Below, one piece after another: positions 1 through 7,201 of a stretch of 9,041 nt of DNA. Numbering within the stretch: the stretch's first letter is position 1; each line of letters begins with the position of its first letter. The translations under genes were made by a program, and so were the position numbers. The notes beneath the pieces are model-generated. The model searched no databases. It saw only the letters and a list, made by a program, of their open reading frames with translations, and was not told the DNA's origin. Source of the stretch: Geosiphon pyriformis uo1 (Eukaryota > Fungi > Glomeromycota). The DNA is taken from positions 1 to 9,041 of the forward strand of contig JAAOMT010000452.1 in assembly GCA_016748015.1 (NCBI GenBank), in the 5' to 3' direction.

Positions 1-1840
1 CCCCCCCCCCTTACTTGCCCACACCAACCATCTTCTACCATTATTCGATTTGGAGGATACCTTACCTGCCTCCACTCGTTGATAGATTTGTCAGTATTCT
101 ACAGAGCATTTGAGCTTGGTAGTACAAACTCCCATATATGCCCTGTAACGGGGACCACCCACACAAGTGCCCAACCATTTTAGGCCCTATATATTTGGTT
201 GGTGGACAAAGTTAGGATACCCACAGTCCCCAATGGTACAATCAAGTAATAACTCATATCGGAAACTACCAAGTCCATAAGAGTCCTTTTACAGGGACTT
301 GGGGCATATGGGTATGGTAAGCCCTTGTACTCCTGTGCTTGAGTTTGATGGGTTTGGGTGGAGAGTTGATCTACCCATAATGGTAGGATTTGGTACCTTT
401 GTATGGATATGGGATTACCCATAGTCCTTGGGGCATAGAGGGGTTTGGAGGTATAAGGATCTGATTTTGTGTAATCATAGGATAGTATTGGCTCTTACAA
501 TCCCAGCAGTACTTTGGATCATCAACAGTGGATACCTTCAATGCCCCAGTCTACCATCCCATACCTTACACTGTACTTTAGTACCCATTACTTACATAGT
601 TCTTGCTTTGACCGGGATCCCATAAAGCCTATATGGAATTGGGATTCCTGTAGCCATAGCCCTAATCTTAATTAATACCCTGTTGAGCCTCCGATCCTTG
701 TCCAGTATATGGCACCCAAGTACAGATAGACCTGATAGCTCTATTTGGGGCATCAGTAGTAATCCAGTTGGACAAATAGAATCGACAATGATTGCCATAT
801 GGGCCTGCCTCCAATAGGGGAATGACTTGACTTTCTTGGGAGCCGTATAGTTCCCCAATAGAGTAGCTACCAACTTGGTGGAGATGGTTATGGGTAATCG
901 GCAAGCCAACAGGGCTTATAGAGGTATTGCCTCCTGCAAATGGGTTATGTCGCTTCAGAAGTAAGATCCCAATGCCAATAGGTACAAGCCATCAACAAAG
1001 CACTATCCTACATGGTCAACTCAGATTCTACTTGCGGAGGGTCATGTGACCCTTTTTGGTTTGTGGATTACATTTAGTACTTTACTCAAATGGATTGTTG
1101 GGGCACTGCCTCTATGGGTGTAATCCCTATTCTTTGTCTTGCAGACTTGACCCTTTGGTACCCCACCCCCCCCTCACTACCCTTGTTTTGATTGCACCAC
1201 TATTTGGGCTACCTTTAGGCCATTAGCAGGATCCCTTAATATACAGTAGTTATTAGGACCCTTGTTTGGAACTTCCCTCAAAGGTGTTCGATGGGTCCTA
1301 GAGGGCTATTGGTAATCTGTATGGATAATTTCGGATGCTCTACTCAATATCAGCCCTTTGTAGGTCCCCTATTGAGTAACAGGTATATGCAGCAGGGCAG
1401 TAGATATGAGGTCCCTGTTCAGTATTGGGGCCTACATACTAAAGGGTAATATTGATCCTGGTTTTTGGAATTGGTGGTAACACATGATCTCCCCTTTCTT
1501 GAGAGAAGCCTACAAGGCTTTAGATACGTGAGTAGCTTATGGGTTTGTACTTGAGGGTTGAGGGAGGGATATGGTATGAGCCCGGCTTTGGGGATAGTAA
1601 TTTGGATTTTGATTTGGTTTGTACCACTACTAAGGTGTCATCACAACTCTTAAAGGCCCATCAATCATTGAATACACCCTTGGTGGGTGGGTTGTCCTTT
1701 GTACCTGCACTTAGCCCTGTTGGATCCAGAGAGTTCCCATTTAGAGGGATACAAGGTTTGATCTGGGTGGGACCGGAGTTGGGGGAGTTGTCATTGTGCA
1801 TCATTTTTTGGTTTTGGGATGGACCCACCACCCCCCCCCC
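1..1840 (+). repeat. Terminal direct repeat, copy 1 (1,840 bp), bounded by C10 at both ends
   Basis: Matches 7202-9041 with no differences seen; the ORFs at 180, 428, 592 and 668 recur identically at +7201. Confidence 0.98.
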
Positions 1841-1850
1841 ACCCCACTCC
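1824..1850 (-). other. G-tract cluster with G-quadruplex potential on the minus strand
   Basis: Minus strand reads ggagtggggtggggggggggtggtggg. Confidence 0.55.
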
Positions 1851-2135
1851 ACGGTCAATTCGGGGAGTATTATGGGGTATTTTGTAGCCCCCCGGGTATG
1901 ATGGTGGATGGAGATGGCTTTTGTGTACCAATACAGATATGAGTAGATGTCTCTCATGATTTGGGCTAAGAGCAGGGTAGGGAGGGATTTGGGTTATGGG
2001 TAACAGGGTTCTTTTGTACTACAAGAGTGGGTAGTAATCCTATACTCATATGGGTTTGGTACGGGTAAGGTAGACAAAGATGATATAACCTGTAGTACGG
2101 GTACAAACCAAGTTGGTGGTTTATGGGGTAATGGA

Positions 2136-2149
2136 CCCCATGCATGGGG
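2136..2149. repeat. Perfect 14-bp palindrome
   Basis: ccccatgcatgggg. Confidence 0.9.
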
Positions 2150-3074
2150 ACAACTGTACTACAAGGTATGTTCATATGTAGGTTGGTTGGGGCTTGTTGG
2201 TGGGGATAGTTCCTTGGGTTTGAGGGGTCTAGTGGGTGGAGAGGGTCCCATCTTGATAGACGTTTTGATTTTCTACCCCCCTTGATATATACAGTACTAC
2301 AATTTGATCCCTAGTAAGACTCTAACCATATTACCCATTACTACTGGATGCTGCTTAAGGCTGGCAAGCCTGGAGTCATCACGCCAAGATCTAAGATATG
2401 ATTGGTATATGTAATAGAAGTATTGATATGTTGGCAACAGGGGCTACTACCCATTTTCTAGACGATGTATGGGTAATACTGTATTTAGGCGCCTGTGCGA
2501 ACTTTGGGCTAAAGTAAGTACAGTTCGCCCTCCTGGCTGGGTAGGTATTTGCTTTGGAGCTTCAACTATAGCATATCACTCTTATTTTGTGTCGCTATCA
2601 ACTTGGCAAGCAAAGTCTTACCATTGGGCTATCAATATGCTTGAGTACCTCGCTATCCTCATGACCCAGTTATAGTGTATTTGCGGCGCCTTACAGCTCT
2701 TCTTGCGCTTAAGCTGATTTTTGTTGGACGAGAGTCTTGGTGATGATAGGTTGGGGGCCTTTATTTCTTAATGCCAGCCTCTGTAAGCCTTGCACTACCA
2801 TTTGATCCGTCGCTGAGCGACCTTTGGGATTACTAGAGGTCTATGGGTTCTATGGCGTTGGTCGCTTGCGCCCTTGCTTTTGCGATATGGTGCAATTTTG
2901 ATTTGAATCCATTTTTATGCGTAGTCCCTCAACTAAAGACTAGCTATTACAAGTACTGCTACAATGTACCATGGATATGTGACTTGGATTTGCTTTGCTT
3001 TATAGCCACCAGTACATGCTTGTCAATGCCCTGCCAGATCATGGGGCTATGAGTATACTTTTGTATCCGAGTAC

Positions 3075-3395
3075 TCATGAGGGTCCGTACTGGGCTGAAT
3101 ATGCCCCCATGAGATATGGCCTATAGTAGGGGGATACTTTACTTGATTGGAATCGCATTAGGCGGCTAATTTTAACCATTTGGATTGATCGCTTAGGCAC
3201 TATGATAAGGCCGACGAGTGAGGCCAATACAGGCTTTTCTGATAAAGCTATACTTGTTATGCGCCTATGGTAGTTGGGATAAAGATAAGCGGCCCTTGCG
3301 CCTGCGCGACTGTGATATGGGATGGATATGGTAAGTCTATTTGTTTTCTGATTTATGAATTTCTGATTTCTGAATTTATTAACAGAGAATAACAT
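3075..3395 (-). CDS. Hypothetical basic protein, 106 aa (131 aa to TAA at 3000-3002 if TGA=Trp); weak uS8-like pattern
   Basis: ATG in the AT-rich patch; lies in the CpG-retaining island; K/R-rich; the 15-bp duplication near its start keeps frame (KFRNQ-KFINQ). Family resemblance is by eye only. Confidence 0.25.
   Translation of the reverse strand: MLFSVNKFRNQKFINQKTNRLTISIPYHSRAGARAAYLYPNYHRRITSIALSEKPVLASLVGLIIVPKRSIQMVKISRLMRFQSSKVSPYYRPYLMGAYSAQYGPS
3346..3375 (+). repeat. 2 x 15-bp tandem repeat
   Basis: ttctgatttatgaat / ttctgatttctgaat, one mismatch. Confidence 0.9.
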
Positions 3396-3456
3396 ATAAT
3401 AACAGAGTCTTCTATCACTATGACTAGTAGGATACTGGGCTAGCTGCCATACTCTA

Positions 3457-3488
3457 AGCTATCCCCATTTATTGGTAGCTATCCCCAT
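3457..3488 (+). repeat. 12-bp direct repeat, 20-bp period
   Basis: agctatccccat at 3457-3468 and 3477-3488. Confidence 0.9.
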
Positions 3489-3673
3489 CACACCTATGCT
3501 CTAAAGGATAGTAGGATTTAAGCTTGACATAGTACATGCTACATGAGTACTTCTTTATATTTTGCTTACTGGAGTCTTCTTTGATTGGCTCTCCAGAGCT
3601 CATTTGGACCCCCTATTTGATTTACCTCTTACATCCCCTACCATTATGCTAGACACTCGCCATTTTAAGCTCT

Positions 3674-3689
3674 CCCCCCCCCCCCCCCC
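3674..3689 (+). repeat. C16 homopolymer
   Basis: Longest homopolymer in the unit, read directly. Confidence 0.95.
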
Positions 3690-4095
3690 GTGCTAGAACG
3701 TATCTGGGTTGTTGGTTTTGGCACCTTTTAGCTATTACCAGTTTGGTATGGCTTCCCCCTATAGGAGTAAAACTTGCTAGAACCCTTATCTTTGTAGTAA
3801 GCTATGATGCGAAAGGGCATTGGTAGCACAGTAGTACTTTGTATGCTTACAAGGGCATAGCTATATAACCCATCCGATCTGCTATCCCTGAGAGTACTGG
3901 ATGCTCTACCAATCACTAGCTACCTTTACTATTGCTATCCCCGTATTGGCTATCACATACTGCTATCCTGAGGTATCTGGTCTTGGTTTTTACTGCTCCC
4001 ATGAAGACTATATACCTTGCACCAATAGCTCTACAATCATACATGCAAACTGGAGTTGACAGGGATATCAGCATAACAACCATTTAATACTGCTT

Positions 4096-4146
4096 CCCCC
4101 CCCCCATGACGGAGGCTACGCCCTCCCCCCCCCCCCACCACCCCCC
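4096..4146 (+). repeat. C10 / C12 / C6 cluster (minus-strand G-quadruplex potential)
   Basis: C10 at 4096-4105, C12 at 4125-4136, C6 at 4141-4146. Confidence 0.9.
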
Positions 4147-5326
4147 TTTACCATGATTCCCCATCATTCTATCTGCTTTAACCATGGCCTCTAGTCTATG
4201 GCCTGCTAAATCAAGCTCTATCAACGGTCAATCTGGTATAGCTCTCTACCCCACCCCCTTTTTTTAGTTTTGGGATCCTTTAACCATGTAGCCTTCGCCG
4301 ACCATTGGCGTTACCATTGATTTGACAGAGTAACTGCTACTAGATTGGTATGCTAGCTAGACCCCTTATAGACCACATAGCTAAGACTGCTTCCAAAGGC
4401 CCCGGCTCCCTCGCCCAGCCAGATTGTTGTTGGGTGGAACTCCTTAACAACCAATATACTCCCTGCGAGCTAGACCAATCAACAGTAGTTCTTACCATTA
4501 CTCAAAAGGAGTAGCTCCCATACTCCATTTGGGGGACTCATGCAACTCTTACAGTACTGCTAATTGTAGTAAGGACCCCGTACGACCCAGGGCAATCACC
4601 ATTTAGGACATAAGGAGGATTACACGAGCTAACATGACAATGCTTTAACACTTGATTGGACCCTCAGCCATTGAGGATTGGGATGCTTGCCATGTATATG
4701 GGTATGCACCAATCAATCCTTTACAGCGGTACCATAAGAGAAGCCCCCCCTATGCTAACCCTGAGTAGTATTGGTACACTGCTATAACCGATCTTCTCCC
4801 ATTGGTGAGCTACCATAGTCATTGAAATTAGCTATCCCCTCCTTGCTTACCGAGTATTTGCTGCCTTGATTTTACCCAGCTTTACCAATCAGATAGTTGT
4901 AGTACTGCGCCCGTATATCCAAGCTACAATAGGAATCAGCTATACATCTTTAGGGATAAGCTCACATCCTACTTTGAGGTGCTCTATCTCTTTGAAATTG
5001 GGATATTACATATAGCACTCTGGAGAGTAAGCTATCCAAATGGGAATGGATTTGGAGCTTTTACAAGTACTCCTATTGCTCCCCCATTTTGATATGGCTA
5101 TACCAGATTACCCCCTGAAGTACCAAGCCCTATATAAAGTCATAGTACTCTAGCATGACCCAATACCCATCAGGAATCCCCATCCAATCCGATGATTACG
5201 CCCATGTTACCCAATACCTCATAATACCCACTTGGAGTGGGGAAATCCTACTGTAAACCAGTACCAACTCCTACCATCGAAAAGTATGTGTATTTGTTAC
5301 CATAAACCCATCCCCATACTACTATT

Positions 5327-5338
5327 GAGGGGCCCCTC
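5327..5338. repeat. Perfect 12-bp palindrome near the C-rich to G-rich switch
   Basis: gaggggcccctc. Confidence 0.9.
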
Positions 5339-5994
5339 CCCAATCCCATATTGGCCACAAGTAGTATTACAGGTACTACAGGTAGAGGCAGTATATACTA
5401 GAAAGGGTGGTTCTTATTGGTACTTTGAGTACTGGGGGGAAGGGACGGGGGTTTAAGTGGTACTTGGTGGTGGTCTGTTCAAGTAGGGAGTGTTGGTTGT
5501 TGTACCATATGGTTACCTTTGTACTAAATGGGTCCCTTGTTATGTTGATGGTTTGTGCCCTGAAGTGGTCCTTTGGTCTGGTGGATGGTTGATGGTATAG
5601 GGCCAGGCGGGTATTGTAGGTACTTCTTGGTTTGGTAAGGGTTTGTACTTGTGGTTGGATTTGAGGTCCTTTGTTGGGGAAACCGTATCACTTTTAGTAC
5701 CATTTTTGTTGGCTTGTACTAAGGGTTTGTATAGGAACAGGTTCTTTGGACCCTTTGTATAATTTTTATTGGGGGACATTGGTAGTGGTGGAGTGTATTG
5801 GTAAGCATTTTGGTTTGGTTATTGGTACTTGTATTGGTCAGGATTTTTATGGTTTTGGGTGTTGGGGATGGTGGGTGTTGTTGGATGGGTATGGGTTCCT
5901 GTTGTTCTCTAGGGTCTGGGGTTTGTAAGGTCTTAGTTATTGGTATTGGTCCTATTGGGGTATTGAGTATGGACTGTTGGGGTGGGGAGGGAAT

Positions 5995-6023
5995 AGGGCC
6001 CATCCGAGCCTCCATGGGGCCCT
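5995..6023. repeat. GC-rich inverted repeat (hairpin)
   Basis: agggcccat-ccgagcctcc-atggggccct: 9-bp stem with one bulged G. Confidence 0.6.
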
Positions 6024-6314
6024 CACTTCCTGGTTGGGGTTGGGGGTAAGTATGTATATGGAGTCTTTGGTTGTGAATGTTTTTATGTGGACCTTATGTT
6101 GGGCTTGTCCCTTATATGCCCTTTTGATCTCTATGTACCATAGTGGGTGGTAAAATTCTCTACAGTATCTACCCCTAGTGATCTGATATGACCTGACCTT
6201 GGGCTACAACAAACTCTTACAGGTATGTGTGGATTGGACCCTGTGGGGATATATGGTGATCCTGGTGTTGTTATTAGCTTGGTTGGACTATTTTTATGTA
6301 TTTGATTTGATACC

Positions 6315-6326
6315 ATGGGATCCCAT
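6315..6326. repeat. Perfect 12-bp palindrome
   Basis: atgggatcccat. Confidence 0.9.
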
Positions 6327-6534
6327 AAGGGACCAGTATGGTTGGTGGGTATTGGAGTGGTAGGTCAAACTAGGGATAAAATGGTACGTTTTGGGTTGGT
6401 GGGATAACTACTGCTGTAGATATGGTTTGCCATCTTGATTCTACCCCATGAGTATACCTATCCCTTACAACCCCATATCCTCCCAGTTTTGTATCCCTAG
6501 TGGTATTGGGGACGGTACCCATGCCACAATACAG

Positions 6535-6643
6535 CCCCCCCCCTTACCTTACTATGCCACATCGCTTTGGTATTGGGGGGTAAACTATAGCATCCCCCTG
6601 CACAAAGCACCCCCCCAGCCTTTTACTAAGCTTTACCCCCCCC
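6535..6643 (+). repeat. C9 / C7 / C8 cluster
   Basis: C9 at 6535-6543, C7 at 6610-6616, C8 at 6636-6643. Confidence 0.9.
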
Positions 6644-7201
6644 GAGTTAACGGTTACTTTTACCAATTAGGGGATTTGGTGGGTGGCCGTTGGGGCAAGT
6701 GTAATACTCTTATGCTTACTCCCTGAGATAGGATAATTGGCCATCTAAATTAGCCCTACACGATAAGGACCCAGTATTCCCATTTTACCATGACAACCGG
6801 GTCTTTGTGGTGGGCTCCTCATAACGGACTGGGGGAGGACTTTTTGACATCCTATTTTATAAGTTACTTTACTTTGGTATTAGTATACAGATGGGGAGTA
6901 CTCAGTAGGTTTTGGGATTGGATAAGTAGTAATTGCTAGGACTGTGCTCCTTTTGCTAGATTTGGGATACCCACGTTATCAAGCCATATGTGTACTTGGT
7001 TTTTCCCTCCTTGGGTAATCAGGTCTAGCTATACACCAGTATTACCTACACACTATCAGTAGAGGTTGCATGAGTATGGTAACCCACTATTAGAGATCCC
7101 CTCATCACCAATCTGTAATACCCCTGTACTCACCATCCTTACGGTTGATTTGGGGCTACAAACCTTGATATACCTTCCCGCCCCTATTTTGGAGCATACC
7201 T

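Larger units (their letters stand above)
1..7201. other. Putative complete 7,201-bp circular (or tandem-unit) element, largely non-coding
   Basis: Terminal redundancy reaches both window ends; no TG..CA LTR termini, primer-binding site or gag/pol; no ORF over 120 aa. Circularity is inferred. Confidence 0.7.

Noticed and set aside
20-32. ggttggtgt on the minus strand, like kinetoplast CSB-3 (GGGGTTGGTGTA)
   Set aside because: Only 9 of 12 match in DNA rich in such words, and no CSB-1 or CSB-2 seen.
1539-1957. Longest ORF (120 aa, +) and antisense 98-aa ORF
   Set aside because: Both run through a C10 tract, overlap each other and have no recognisable motif.
2428-2478. LATGATTHF and FLDDVWVI (+1 frame), like protease and RT motifs; also GL**GDTL near 3118
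   Set aside because: Wrong spacing and order for a pol gene, and the frame has frequent stops of all three types.
2598-2912. 104-aa minus-strand ORF (MDSNQN...) if TAA/TAG=Gln
   Set aside because: Needs five readthroughs; this length is expected by chance with a single stop codon; no family recognised.
5739-5762. RFFGPFV, like the Ty3/gypsy integrase GPF/Y motif
   Set aside because: Followed at once by a stop, with no integrase core upstream.
5232-6316. Cluster of overlapping 60-98 aa ORFs on both strands
   Set aside because: P/T/N/Q-rich or G/V/W/L-rich translations follow from the strand skew; they overlap in several frames and show no motifs.
1-7201. Papillomavirus, badnavirus, inovirus or plasmid of similar size; CRISPR array; tRNA
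   Set aside because: No long ORFs or hallmark motifs, no regularly spaced repeats, and no cloverleaf noticed.
1-7201. Classical fungal RIP-mutated repeat
   Set aside because: TpA is high, but CpA/TpG remain abundant and GC content is moderate; the depleted dinucleotide is CpG.
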